From Dehalococcoidia bacterium (GTDB lineage Bacteria; Chloroflexota; Dehalococcoidia; UBA6926): a stretch of DNA of 64,000 nt. How positions within the stretch are numbered: position 1 is the stretch's first letter; each line of letters starts with the position of its first letter. Of the stretch, positions 1 to 9,624 are shown piece by piece. The stretch lies in assembly GCA_965219405.1 (NCBI GenBank), contig OZ244736.1:1769445-1833444 (forward strand). The letters are read 5' to 3'. The notes beneath the pieces are model-generated. The model was not told the DNA's origin. It did no database searches and saw only the letters and a list, made by a program, of their open reading frames with translations. The translations under genes and the position numbers were made by a program.

Positions 1-42
1 TGAGGGCGCGGCGGAGCCCTCGGGCCTGTCTTCGGACGTCAC

Positions 43-618
43 CTACAGACCCCTCTTGAGCCGCGGCTCATCCTGAATCTTGCGCTGTAGCTCAAGGATG
101 CCGTGCTGCAATGCCTCCGGGCGCGGCGGGCACCCCGGCACGTAGACATCCACCGGAATGATCTGATCCACGCCCATCACGACGGAATAGGAGCGAACGT
201 ACGGCCCGCCGCATGTCGCGCACGATCCCATTGCGATAACCCACTTGGGCGCCGGCATCTGTTCGTAGAGGAGCTTGATTGGCTCTGCCATCTTCTTGAC
301 GACCGTTCCCGCCACGATCATGACGTCGGATTGACGCGGGGAGGGCCACGTGACCACACCGTAGCGGTCGAAATCATGCTTGGGCATATAGGCGGAGATC
401 ATCTCGATGGCGCAGCAAGCCAGCCCGAACGTGAGTGGCCACAGTGACGACTTTCGCGCCATCGCAAACAGCTCCTCCGTCTTGAGGGTGATCACCCCGG
501 ACAGGCCACTCTTCTGATGCGCCGCCAGGTTCTGTAGTGCCGTGCGGGACTCAGGGGTCGAGATGATAGGGCCTTGCCCAATGCCCCCCTGTTGTCCGCC
601 CGCAGGTTCAATATTCAT
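43..618 (-). CDS. nuoB: NADH-quinone oxidoreductase subunit B (complex I 20 kDa, Fe-S N2)
   Basis: 191 aa; motifs CCAIEM...GSCATCGGP...[11 protein letters not shown] are diagnostic of NuoB/NQO6. Confidence 0.9.
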   Translation of the reverse strand: MNIEPAGGQQGGIGQGPIISTPESRTALQNLAAHQKSGLSGVITLKTEELFAMARKSSLWPLTFGLACCAIEMISAYMPKHDFDRYGVVTWPSPRQSDVMIVAGTVVKKMAEPIKLLYEQMPAPKWVIAMGSCATCGGPYVRSYSVVMGVDQIIPVDVYVPGCPPRPEALQHGILELQRKIQDEPRLKRGL

Positions 619-983
619 CGCCAGGACAGCACCCCCTTACGCCATGCATAGACCAAACCAAAGAACAACACAACCAAAAAGATAACCATTGAATAGAAAG
701 CGGCGGCGGGCAGATCAAGGAATACGAACGCCCAGGGGAAAAGGAAAACAGTCTCCACCGCAAATATAAGGAAGAACAGAGCGAAGAGATAATAACGGAC
801 GTTGTAGCGGGTGTTGCCCTCACCCGTAGGCAGAATACCGCACTCATAGGCAATGCCCGAGAGGCTGGTGGCGCTGCGCGGGGCGAGTATCCAAGAGATG
901 ACAAAGAAGGATAGTACGCCGCCGAACCCGACAATAGCGGCTATCCCTACAGCGGCCCAGTTGAACGCGTACTCAGCTGGCAT
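615..983 (-). CDS. nuoA: NADH-quinone oxidoreductase subunit A
   Basis: 122 aa, 3 TM helices, YECG...RYNVRYY...[11 protein letters not shown] as in NuoA/ND3; 4-nt overlap with nuoB. Confidence 0.85.
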   Translation of the reverse strand: MPAEYAFNWAAVGIAAIVGFGGVLSFFVISWILAPRSATSLSGIAYECGILPTGEGNTRYNVRYYLFALFFLIFAVETVFLFPWAFVFLDLPAAAFYSMVIFLVVLFFGLVYAWRKGVLSWR

Positions 984-1049
984 TCCCCTGCACTCCTGTC
1001 GGCCAGTCTATGTGCGGCTCAGAGACGGTGTCAACGAACGTCAGTCTAC

Positions 1050-2591
1050 TCATCCGATGCGCCCCAGAAGAGCCGTCACGCTGCCGTCAATCAACTCAAT
1101 CCAGGGGAACGGCCATATGCCGATTGCGACGATGAATGCGATGAGGAGGCCACCGGCCGCGAGTTCCACACGCGATGCATCCGTCAGTCCCTGCCATCGG
1201 TCGCTGACGGGACCGAAGAACACTTTACCAAGCAGCCTCAATACGTACACCGCAGTTACAGCTGCAGCGAAGACGCCGAGAACACCTACAAGCGGATACG
1301 TATTGAACGCGCCGATAAAGACAAGCAATTCCGCGACGAATCCGCTGAGGCCGGGTAGCCCCAGCGAGGCTAAGCCGGCGATGGCAAAGAACGTTGCCGT
1401 GCCGCCCATCCGCTTGGCCAGTCCCTCCAGCACGCCGATGTCACGACTGTGCGTGCGGTCATAAACCGCGCCGACAAGCACAAAGAAGAGGGCCGTCATG
1501 ACACCGTGGGAGAACATCTGGAGGACAGCACCGTTGACACCCAGCGGGTCAAGGGTCGCGAGCCCCATGATCACGTAGCCCATATGGCTGACGCTCGAAT
1601 ACCCAATGACGTACTTGAGATCACGCTGCCCCAGGGCTGATATCGCGCCGTAGACGACGTTGACCGTCGCGAGGATGATCAGCACGGGCATCCATGCCTC
1701 CGCGCCTTCCGGGAACAGGTCCATGCCGATGCGAAGGATGCCGTATGCGCCCAGTTTCATGAGCACACCGGCGTGCAGCATGCTGACGGACGTGGGTGCG
1801 GCGACGTGCCCGTCCGGAGACCATGTGTGGAACGGCCACAGCCCTGCCAGCACACCGAATCCAACAGCGACAATCGGGAAGAAGAGCAGCTGGAATTCGC
1901 GCGAGTATTCCTCGTTGTCGCGTAGGCTGAGGAAGTCGAACGTCGGGTTCTCCGCAAAGATGTAGAGCGCGATCAGAGCCACCCACACCAGGACGCTGCC
2001 TAGGCTAAGCATGATGGTCAACTTCATCGCGCTGTATTCCTTGGTGCGGCTGAACAGCAGCGGCGGCACGTAGGAGCGGAAGTCCGTCGAACTGCCCCAC
2101 ACGCCAATCAGCAGATACATAGGGATGACGGCGAGTTCGTAGAAGAAGAAGAAGAAGAACAGGTCAAGCGCCACAAAGACGCCGTAGACGCCCGCGATGA
2201 GCAGCAGGAAGAGGACAAAGAATTCCTTGGTTCTGTCAGGAAGACGCCACGCGACAAGTGTTCCGGCAAAGGCAACAACGCCGTTCAGCAGCACCATCAG
2301 CGCGGATATTCCGTCGATACCGAGAGTGAATCCGACTCCGAGGCTTGGCAGCCATTCGACGCGGGTCAACGGCCAGAACTCGGCGCCCACCGGCGCGTTG
2401 AGGTAGTGGCGAAGCGTCAGGTAGATCGAGAGAGCGAACGTGATGCCCGTGACGGCGGTAGCGATGCCGCGTATGGCGGTGATCTGGCGACCGGGGACGA
2501 GAATAAGCGCCAGTCCGCCCACGAACGGCAACAGTACTAATAGGCTTAAGACCAGCTCGTCTGCCTCAGCCACCCATACTCCTCCGACCAC
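1050..2591 (-). CDS. nuoN: NADH-quinone oxidoreductase antiporter-like subunit (NuoN/ND2 family)
   Basis: 513 aa polytopic membrane protein with proton-pumping Mrp-antiporter-like fold; sits immediately upstream of nuoA-nuoB on same strand. Confidence 0.65.
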   Translation of the reverse strand: MVGGVWVAEADELVLSLLVLLPFVGGLALILVPGRQITAIRGIATAVTGITFALSIYLTLRHYLNAPVGAEFWPLTRVEWLPSLGVGFTLGIDGISALMVLLNGVVAFAGTLVAWRLPDRTKEFFVLFLLLIAGVYGVFVALDLFFFFFFYELAVIPMYLLIGVWGSSTDFRSYVPPLLFSRTKEYSAMKLTIMLSLGSVLVWVALIALYIFAENPTFDFLSLRDNEEYSREFQLLFFPIVAVGFGVLAGLWPFHTWSPDGHVAAPTSVSMLHAGVLMKLGAYGILRIGMDLFPEGAEAWMPVLIILATVNVVYGAISALGQRDLKYVIGYSSVSHMGYVIMGLATLDPLGVNGAVLQMFSHGVMTALFFVLVGAVYDRTHSRDIGVLEGLAKRMGGTATFFAIAGLASLGLPGLSGFVAELLVFIGAFNTYPLVGVLGVFAAAVTAVYVLRLLGKVFFGPVSDRWQGLTDASRVELAAGGLLIAFIVAIGIWPFPWIELIDGSVTALLGRIG

Positions 2592-2772
2592 AACAGGTCA
2601 GCGGCCCCTACCCGCCAATAATAACAGTGACGGACGGTCACTTCCCTCTCCCGTCATTCTGGCGCATGCCGGAATCCATCGCGTTCCCTCCTGTGGCAGC
2701 GGAAATCCAGAACCCGGAACACGACCGGCCCCATAACGCCCCCCTTATGGAGGGGTCAGATACACTTGCCAT

Positions 2773-3132
2773 ATGGACTTCTTCAACGTTGGGGGGCTTG
2801 AGCTTCTCTTTCTCGCCGGCCTCGCCATCATCATCGTCGGGCCATCACGGGCCGCGGAGATCGCAGGCGAGATCGGCCGGCTCGTCGCTCGCGCCCGCCG
2901 CACTATCAACTCGATGACGGAGGACTTGCAGACGCAGGCGCGTGAAGAGACAGAACCCCTTCGCTCTGCCCGTGAATCCATCCGTGATGTGGAATCGGAA
3001 CTCCGTCGTCCTTTTGACCTGCCGGAAGGTCGTTCAAATACCGGGCAGGCTGAGTCACCACCGGAGGAAACAACCCCGTCTGATGAAAGTGAACAGTCCG
3101 CGGGCGAGACCGAGCCGGAGGACGGCCGGTGA
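2773..3132 (+). CDS. tatB: Sec-independent translocase subunit TatB/TatA family
   Basis: N-terminal MDFFNVGGLELLFLAGLAIIIVGP (TatA/B TM plus hinge) and long acidic C-terminus; immediately precedes tatC. Confidence 0.7.
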   Translation: MDFFNVGGLELLFLAGLAIIIVGPSRAAEIAGEIGRLVARARRTINSMTEDLQTQAREETEPLRSARESIRDVESELRRPFDLPEGRSNTGQAESPPEETTPSDESEQSAGETEPEDGR

Positions 3133-3884
3133 CAACACCTGAGCCGGAGGGCGTGTCAGGCGCGACGATGCCCCTGTCCGCGCACCTGCGTGAACTGCGG
3201 AAACGGCTCATGTGGACGTTCATCGTGGTGGGCATTGGCGCCATCGGCGCGTTTGCCATCGGAAATCGGCTCGTTGACGTGTTGCTCATTCCGTTTCCGA
3301 ACGACATTGAAGTCGTCCAGATTGATGTCCTTGAGGGCGTTCGCGTCCGCATGAAGATTGCCCTCCTGGGGGGAATCATCGTCGCATTCCCGATGATCCT
3401 CTATCAGACCATTATGTTCGTCCGCCCTGCGCTGACAGGCTCGGAAAAGCGCTTTGTGTACATAGCCTTACCCATCGTGAGCGCGCTGTTTGCTGCGGGA
3501 ATCCTGTTTGCGTTTTTTGTGCCTATACCGGTGATGATGCAGATCCTCCCTCAATTCCTTGGTGACGAAATTGAACCGCAGATACGCATCGACAGCATTG
3601 TCGGCACGACGGTCTGGCTCATCTTTGCGATGGGGTTGCTCTTCGAGCTGCCAGTCATCATGTACCTGCTCGCCCGCATCGACATCATCGATCCGGCGAG
3701 CCTGCGAAACAAACGACGCGGCGCTATCCTGCTCTCATTCGTCGCCGCCGCGATCATCACGCCCACAGGCGACCCAATCAACATGGTCATCTGGGGCATC
3801 CCTATCTGGGTGCTTTATGAGGTCGGCCTGCTTATGGCGCGATTGGCCGCGTGGCAGCGGACCCGATCTGAATCCTCGCGCTAA
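3129..3884 (+). CDS. tatC: Sec-independent translocase subunit TatC
   Basis: 251 aa, 6 TM; HLRELRKRL N-terminus typical of TatC; 4-nt overlap with tatB. Confidence 0.85.
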   Translation: MTTPEPEGVSGATMPLSAHLRELRKRLMWTFIVVGIGAIGAFAIGNRLVDVLLIPFPNDIEVVQIDVLEGVRVRMKIALLGGIIVAFPMILYQTIMFVRPALTGSEKRFVYIALPIVSALFAAGILFAFFVPIPVMMQILPQFLGDEIEPQIRIDSIVGTTVWLIFAMGLLFELPVIMYLLARIDIIDPASLRNKRRGAILLSFVAAAIITPTGDPINMVIWGIPIWVLYEVGLLMARLAAWQRTRSESSR

Positions 3885-4280
3885 TCAACCCATTCGTTCG
3901 ATGCCGGGGTAGGTGTCGAAACCGCGATCGAAGCTCAAAATACGACTAATGGCGGCGCTGTTCATGACGGCTATGTGGAGGGCATCACGGGCCGACAACT
4001 CTCGTATTTCGTGGACTATCGCCTTGGCCGCCTGAACTTCAGCTATGCCGAATGTCAGGACGTCATCTACTATGTCGTCAAGGGCTTCAAACGCGTCGTC
4101 CATGGCCTCCAGGCGTCGCATCGAGGCATATCTATGGAGGAGTTCTTGATAGACTTCCACACTCGTGACGAGGCGCTCCTCTTCTTGCACGAGTCGCGAA
4201 AGAATGCCGGTAACACGATCCTTGTTCGGCTGATCATCGCCCACCAGATACATCGGTACGTTTGAGTCAACAAAGATCAC
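3885..4280 (-). CDS. vapC: PIN-domain ribonuclease toxin (VapC family)
   Basis: 131 aa; (M)IFVDSNVPMY...D...E...D acidic PIN residues; GTG start at 4280 overlaps upstream antitoxin stop as GTGA. Confidence 0.75.
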   Translation of the reverse strand: MIFVDSNVPMYLVGDDQPNKDRVTGILSRLVQEEERLVTSVEVYQELLHRYASMRRLEAMDDAFEALDDIVDDVLTFGIAEVQAAKAIVHEIRELSARDALHIAVMNSAAISRILSFDRGFDTYPGIERMG

Positions 4281-4521
4281 GAGAGATTGCGGCCGACCTC
4301 GATTTCTTCAAGCATTACGTCGATGTCCGCCGTTGGGTGCCTATGCCGATACGCCTTCGCTATGGCACGGAGCTTTGCCTCAACCATATCAGTCTGTTCA
4401 CCCCGCGCCTTGCGCAGGGTCTGCCGAACCCACTCCGCGACGGTCACGCGTTGGCCACGGGCTACACTTTGAATTCCCGGTATTCTTCTTCATCCATCAG
4501 AACTTGCAGTCGTTTAGCCAT
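4277..4521 (-). pseudogene. VapB-like ribbon-helix-helix antitoxin, apparently frameshifted
   Basis: Minus-strand reading gives MAKRLQVLMDEEEYREF then a stop. The +2 frame continues QSVARGQRVTVAEWVRQTLRKARGEQTDMVEAKLRAIAKAYRHRHPTADIDVMLEEIEVGRNLS* and ends in TGA overlapping the vapC GTG. A 1-nt indel near 4470 is implied. Confidence 0.45.
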
Positions 4522-4637
4522 ATCAGCAGTATATCTTACTCATTTCGCTGCAGTCATGCCTCACACCATTCCCGCTCCAAAACGAGAAACGCCGCCCGTG
4601 GGCGGCGTCTGGTTTGCTTGGAGCCGGTCTCAGGGCG

Positions 4638-4841
4638 CTAAGTCTTTGCCGTCGTTGAGTCGGACTCCGAACTCTCCGTGGGCTCCTCAGCCGGCTTATT
4701 TTCCTCCAGCTGCGCGCCCTTGCGGAACTCCCGGATGGAGCTTCCCATGGAGCGCGCCACCTCAGGCAGTTTCCTGCCCCCGAAGATCAATAGGATAATC
4801 GCCAAGATGATGATTAGCTCCGGTATATGTGGAATCGACAT
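4638..4841 (-). CDS. tatA: Sec-independent translocase subunit TatA/E
   Basis: 67 aa; LIIILAIILLIFGGRKLPEVARSMG is the TatA TM/hinge/amphipathic-helix signature. Confidence 0.8.
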   Translation of the reverse strand: MSIPHIPELIIILAIILLIFGGRKLPEVARSMGSSIREFRKGAQLEENKPAEEPTESSESDSTTAKT

Positions 4842-4894
4842 ATTGCCTCCCTACCACTGCCCACAGTATACGCGATGGGTCTAGCTTTGCCGCC

Positions 4895-5539
4895 CTACCC
4901 AAGAATCAGTGTGCCGAACGCGAATATGAAGAATGTCGCAATGCCCAACAACCCTGCGCCAAGCGGCACCATCAGCATTGTCAGGATCGCCTGCGTTCCC
5001 ATAAATCGATTTGCCTCGCGAATGGCGATGTAGGTCAGACGAATGATGGCCAGCGCTGTCAGAACGATTCCCAGGGTCATGACCCATGGCTGAGCGCCGC
5101 CCGCGATTAGCCAGAGAAGTGCCGTCGGGACGAGCAGCCACAGAGACAGGGCCGCAAATGTTGTCGCAGACAACTCCTCGGCGATGCTCGCCTCGCCCTC
5201 GAACACCTTGCCGATCAGATGGAGAAGGACCGTGAAGAACAGAAACACCGCGTACCCGCCCGCGACGAATCCCATCGCGCCGACCGCTGCTTCCATCACT
5301 CCCTCGTAGTCCGAAATCAGCCCACCGAAGCCAAACAGCGCACCGGTGATGGCGAGACCGAGAACGAGAATCCCGGTCCCACGAAATAGTGGTTGGTCGA
5401 TAGCGATATCGCTGAACGAGTACGTCGGCGTCCACACGATGCCACGCAGGTAAAACGTCACGGGCCGCTTGCGACGCTCTGCGCTCTGCGCCCCGCTCTG
5501 TTGCCCCTCTAATCCCGCCGAAGGATCAATAAACATCAA
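4895..5539 (-). CDS. Yip1-like polytopic membrane protein
   Basis: 214 aa, 5 predicted TM helices after a soluble N-terminus; paralogous to the next gene. Confidence 0.4.
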   Translation of the reverse strand: MMFIDPSAGLEGQQSGAQSAERRKRPVTFYLRGIVWTPTYSFSDIAIDQPLFRGTGILVLGLAITGALFGFGGLISDYEGVMEAAVGAMGFVAGGYAVFLFFTVLLHLIGKVFEGEASIAEELSATTFAALSLWLLVPTALLWLIAGGAQPWVMTLGIVLTALAIIRLTYIAIREANRFMGTQAILTMLMVPLGAGLLGIATFFIFAFGTLILG

Positions 5540-5638
5540 TCCATACTACGCGGGAGGCAAGGTTAAAGCGCGTGGGCGGCGCTTTCGCGCCGCCCACCAA
5601 TCTCGTTTCGTGCGGCAATTCGCTGCTTATCAGACGCG

Positions 5639-6280
5639 TTAACCCGTGGCGATGCCCAGCCCCACGACGATGGCAACGAGGACAATGATCAGCAGGATGA
5701 ACAGGATGACGCCCACAACAATGGCGGCGAAGAAGGACGCGATACCGCTCAAAACGGCTATACCGGTGCTGATTCGGTAGTTCTCACGGATGAGGAGAAT
5801 AGCCAGCACGATTGTCCAGACGAGCACCACAAGGCTAACCACCCCGGCGATCGCCTCAAACGCAGATGATCCGTCCTCGCCTCTGACAAGAACATCGAGC
5901 AGGGAGGGAACAACCGGAATGAGGCTCAGGATAGAGAGCATCATCAAGCCGGCCAGCATCCCTGTGTAAGCCCCATCCCCGCCAAACAGCTTCGAGATGA
6001 GATGCACGATCAGGGAGAAAAAGCCCAGTTCAACCACGACGAAAGCGACGAACAGGAGGGTTCCAATGACGACGAATCCGACACCAATGTTGATTTCCTC
6101 ATCGGCGAATTCTTCAAATGTCGCCGTGTCCAGCCCCAAGCCGAATGAGACGACGCCGTTCAGAATTGCCACAATCAGCAGCGTCAGCAGGCCCAGCCCC
6201 ACCGGACGCTCATCCACAATCTGTTGGATCGTGTGAACGGGCCGCACAATTAACCCAATGTACGTGCTCAATAGCATCTT
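5639..6280 (-). CDS. Yip1-like polytopic membrane protein (paralog)
   Basis: Likely start MLLSTYIGLIV, internal to the 310-aa track ORF, whose upstream part runs into the purC promoter region; 5 TM helices. Confidence 0.4.
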   Translation of the reverse strand, partial: KMLLSTYIGLIVRPVHTIQQIVDERPVGLGLLTLLIVAILNGVVSFGLGLDTATFEEFADEEINIGVGFVVIGTLLFVAFVVVELGFFSLIVHLISKLFGGDGAYTGMLAGLMMLSILSLIPVVPSLLDVLVRGEDGSSAFEAIAGVVSLVVLVWTIVLAILLIRENYRISTGIAVLSGIASFFAAIVVGVILFILLIIVLVAIVVGLGIATG

Positions 6281-6411
6281 TTCGCCTCCTGCCCGTCCGG
6301 GCAATTCTCCCGTGCTGTCACAATCTCGACGACTGTGGGAGTCGGGGCCTCGATCACCACCCTTTAATTCTAGGCCACAATGCAACATAACACCCACGCT
6401 GCGCCAATCCT

Positions 6412-7332
6412 GTGCGCTACAATGAGGCCATGACGGACGCCCTGCTTGAAACTCAACTAAACTTCCCCATGATTCATCGCGGCAAGGTCCGCGATACGTA
6501 TGACCTCGGCGACGACACGCTGTTGCTCGTCGCCACGGATCGGGTCTCCGCTTTTGATGTAGTGCTGCCAACCGGCGTTCCCGGCCGCGGCATCGTTCTT
6601 TCCGAGATCTCGGCGTTCTGGTTCCGCCGTTCCGGCTATGAGTTCCCCAACCACTTCATCGGCATGGCGCATGAGCCGGAGGTCGCCAACCAATACAAGC
6701 TTGGTGACCTGGATGAGGCCGTCGCTCGCCGCGCGATGGTGGTCAGGAAAGCAGAGCGCATCGACATCGAATGTGTTGTGCGTGGGTACATCACCGGGTC
6801 AGCGTTGGCGGAATATCGCAAGTCCGGTTCGGTTCAGGGCCATGAATTGCCCGCGGATATAGCCGATTCGCAGGCCTTTGAGTCGGCACTCTTTACTCCC
6901 ACCACCAAGGAGGAGACGGGCCACGATCTGCCGCTGACGATAGACGAGTTGTGGAAGCAGGTGGGCGGCAACATCGCGTGGCCGCTTGAGGAGCACAGCC
7001 TCGCTCTCTACCGGATGGCGTCCGAATATTCGAGGGCGATGGGCGTGATCCTGGCGGACACCAAGTTTGAATTCGGCATCATCGACGGCAAGATTTCAGT
7101 GATCGATGAGCTGCTGACGCCGGACTCCTCCCGCTATTGGGATGCAACTATCTACGAGGCCGGCAAGTCACAGCCCAGTTTCGACAAGCAGATCATCCGT
7201 AATTGGTTGATCGAATCCGGCTGGAATCGCGAGCCGCCCGCGCCGGAGCTGCCGGACGACATCGTACAGCAGACGATCGACAAGTATCGCGATGTGTATC
7301 AGCGGCTCACCTCAAAGGAGCTTGCCCTGTGA
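6412..7332 (+). CDS. purC: phosphoribosylaminoimidazole-succinocarboxamide synthase (SAICAR synthetase)
   Basis: HRGKVRDTYDLGDDTLLLVATDRVSAFD... is canonical PurC; true start may be the MTDALLE Met at 6430. Confidence 0.9.
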   Translation: MRYNEAMTDALLETQLNFPMIHRGKVRDTYDLGDDTLLLVATDRVSAFDVVLPTGVPGRGIVLSEISAFWFRRSGYEFPNHFIGMAHEPEVANQYKLGDLDEAVARRAMVVRKAERIDIECVVRGYITGSALAEYRKSGSVQGHELPADIADSQAFESALFTPTTKEETGHDLPLTIDELWKQVGGNIAWPLEEHSLALYRMASEYSRAMGVILADTKFEFGIIDGKISVIDELLTPDSSRYWDATIYEAGKSQPSFDKQIIRNWLIESGWNREPPAPELPDDIVQQTIDKYRDVYQRLTSKELAL

Positions 7333-7574
7333 GCATCGGGCGGGTTGTTGGAAGCGCTCTCATCGGGGTAGCGGCGGCGATTATGCTCTACACCATCGTG
7401 GGCGCGGTCAGCACGGTATGGGGCGTGGCACAATTCGAAGAGATGCCGATCACCGTCAAGCTCTTCCTTCCCGTGATATTTGGCACGCTTGCCGGAACGC
7501 TGGGCGTGATGGCCGTTCAGCGAGTCCGCAACCGCAGGCATCCCCATAACGCGGATGGGTCCGCGCAGAACTGA
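7329..7574 (+). CDS. small membrane protein (hypothetical)
   Basis: GTG overlapping the purC stop (GTGA); 2 TM helices (VSIGRVVGSALIGVAAAIMLYTIVGAV...). The track ORF 7203..7574 extends it artificially into purC. Confidence 0.3.
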   Translation: MSIGRVVGSALIGVAAAIMLYTIVGAVSTVWGVAQFEEMPITVKLFLPVIFGTLAGTLGVMAVQRVRNRRHPHNADGSAQN

Positions 7575-7600
7575 GCCACGAAGCGGCATTCTACAGCAGG

Positions 7601-7861
7601 ATGGCGAACTACGTTGCACGAATCTATGTGACACCCAAGCCGGGTGTTGTCGACCCGCAGGGGCTGTCAATCCTGGGCGGACTGAGGAACCTGGGGTACG
7701 ATTCTGTCTCCGCCGTGCGGGCTGGGCGCTACCTTGAGGTGCAGCTTGGGGAGGCGCCGTCACGAGAGGCGGCCGAGTCCCGGACGACGGACATGTGCCG
7801 TCAATTGCTTGCGAACCCTGTCATTGAGGATTATCGGTTTGAGGTGGAGGAGAGCGACTAG
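7601..7861 (+). CDS. purS: phosphoribosylformylglycinamidine synthase subunit PurS
   Basis: 86 aa; MANYVARIYVTPKPGVVDPQG...GYDSV is the PurS fold. Confidence 0.85.
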   Translation: MANYVARIYVTPKPGVVDPQGLSILGGLRNLGYDSVSAVRAGRYLEVQLGEAPSREAAESRTTDMCRQLLANPVIEDYRFEVEESD

Positions 7862-7864
7862 CAG

Positions 7865-8482
7865 CTAGTCCGTCAGCGTGCCCTTGGTGGAGGGCGCGAC
7901 ACCCGCAAACCGCTCATCACGACGCGTCGCCGTATCCAGCGCTTTCGCGAGCGCCTTGAACGTCGCTTCAGCGATGTGGTGGTCATTGACCCCGGCGTGC
8001 TGGACAACGTGCAGATTAATGCGCGCCTCCCGCGCGATGGACTCCAGCACGTGGGCGACCAGCTCGGTCCGCAGGTCACCCATCATACCCGTGTTGAACT
8101 GCAGGCCGATGGCCGCGTACCCCCGACCACCGAGATCCACCACCGCCGTTGTCAACGCGTCATCCAGCGGGACCGTCTCGTGAGCCATGCGGCGAATGCC
8201 GGTGCGGTCGCCCAAGGCCTCACCGAGCGCGCGTCCGATTACGATGCCCGTGTCCTCCGCCGTGTGGTGGCCGTCGGGATCATTCAACCCTTCAGCGCGC
8301 ACGGTGAGATCAAAGCCGCTATGCCTGCCCAGTTGATCAATCAAGTGGTTGAGCATCAGGGAGCCGGTGCTCACATCGTATTGCGCGCGTCCGTCAAGGT
8401 TGATCGACACTTCGACAATAGTCTCCCTTGTCTCGCGCCGGATGGTGGCCTGGCGAGGCGCAGTCGCTCCTTCCCCTGTCAC
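7865..8482 (-). CDS. hisB: imidazoleglycerol-phosphate dehydratase
   Basis: 205 aa; IGRALGEALGDRTGIRR...HH...E metal-binding motifs of IGPD. Confidence 0.9.
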   Translation of the reverse strand: MTGEGATAPRQATIRRETRETIVEVSINLDGRAQYDVSTGSLMLNHLIDQLGRHSGFDLTVRAEGLNDPDGHHTAEDTGIVIGRALGEALGDRTGIRRMAHETVPLDDALTTAVVDLGGRGYAAIGLQFNTGMMGDLRTELVAHVLESIAREARINLHVVQHAGVNDHHIAEATFKALAKALDTATRRDERFAGVAPSTKGTLTD

Positions 8483-9600
8483 TTCTGAGCCTCCATTTCC
8501 TCACGCAGGGCTGCGATCAGGCGCTCATGATCCCGCGGCCGGCCGACACTGATGCGAATGCAATCGCGCAGTTCCGGCGTGTTGAAGTGTCGCAGGGCGA
8601 TTCCACGATGAAGCAGAGATGCGTGCAACTCCTTCGCGTCGTGTTCCAGGAACCGCACAAGTAAGAAATTAGCGTCTGATGGAAAGACATGGGCGCTTGG
8701 TAGTGAACGCAACGCCTCTTCCAGGACGGCACGCTCTTTCACGATGGTGTTCACAGTCGCCAATGCGTTTTCCAAATCTTCAATGGCAGCGATGGCCGCC
8801 GCTTGCGCCAATGTGTTGACGTTGTATGGCGGCTTGACCGTCATGAGGACTCCGGCCAGATCGGGCGGGAAGATGCCGTAGCCGACGCGCAGGCCCGCCA
8901 GCCCCGCCCATTTGCTGAAAGTTCGGAGGAAGATGACGTTGGGATACTCATCCACCAGGTGCATGAGCGATTTTCCGGAGAACTCCGCGTACGCCTCATC
9001 AACAATCGTGAGGGCCTCGGTCTCTGCTACGGCTCGAATCTCTTCTTCGGTCACGCTGTTGCCGGTCGGGTTGTTGGGCGTCGATAAAAACACAATCGAC
9101 GCATTGCACGCCGCCTCCACAAGACGGGGCAAATCAATGGAAAAATCATCTTGACTGCGTGGCACACCGATAAAGCGAGCGCCGGAAAGGTCGGTCTCGA
9201 CCGCATACATTCCAAATGTGGGCGTCGCAACGACGACGGTACCTTCCGATCCTACGAATAGCCGCGCCAAGAGGGCAATGAGCTCATCACTTCCCGACCC
9301 GGCAACGATACGCTCGGCATCAAAACCCGTGTACTCCGCAAGGCAGGTTCGCAGCGCAGCATGGTCCGGATCCGGGTAGATGTTGGCGGCGTCGAACGAC
9401 TCTATGAGTGCTCGGACGCGGGGCGGCGGGCCGTAGGGATTCTCGTTAGCGTTCAGCTTGACGATTCCCTCTTCACCTGCGTCGCTCTCTGCTTCAAGCC
9501 GCTCCGGCGGGGCGACCGGCTCATACGGCTTCATATTCCGGTAGCGGGGAACTAGTCGGTCAAGAAGCGGTACTGAAAGGCGTGTGCGCTGTGCCGTCAT
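8479..9600 (-). CDS. hisC: histidinol-phosphate aminotransferase
   Basis: 373 aa; VKLNANENPYGPPP motif, class II PLP aminotransferase; 4-nt overlap with hisB. Confidence 0.9.
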   Translation of the reverse strand: MTAQRTRLSVPLLDRLVPRYRNMKPYEPVAPPERLEAESDAGEEGIVKLNANENPYGPPPRVRALIESFDAANIYPDPDHAALRTCLAEYTGFDAERIVAGSGSDELIALLARLFVGSEGTVVVATPTFGMYAVETDLSGARFIGVPRSQDDFSIDLPRLVEAACNASIVFLSTPNNPTGNSVTEEEIRAVAETEALTIVDEAYAEFSGKSLMHLVDEYPNVIFLRTFSKWAGLAGLRVGYGIFPPDLAGVLMTVKPPYNVNTLAQAAAIAAIEDLENALATVNTIVKERAVLEEALRSLPSAHVFPSDANFLLVRFLEHDAKELHASLLHRGIALRHFNTPELRDCIRISVGRPRDHERLIAALREEMEAQK

Positions 9601-9624
9601 AGCGTTTCTATTATTGCATGCCGC

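Noticed and set aside
92-1464. Overlapping alternative-frame ORFs (92..349 -, 103..447 +, 608..934 -, 853..1464 +) across nuoA/nuoB/nuoN
   Set aside because: Arg/Pro/Ala-rich, low-complexity translations typical of out-of-frame reading in high-GC DNA. Each is fully contained in a gene with strong family motifs.
6280-6411. ZTP (pfl) riboswitch upstream of purC
   Set aside because: A GACTGTGGGAGTCGGGG hairpin is present, but the conserved pfl sub-domain sequences and pseudoknot partner could not be identified. Insufficient evidence.
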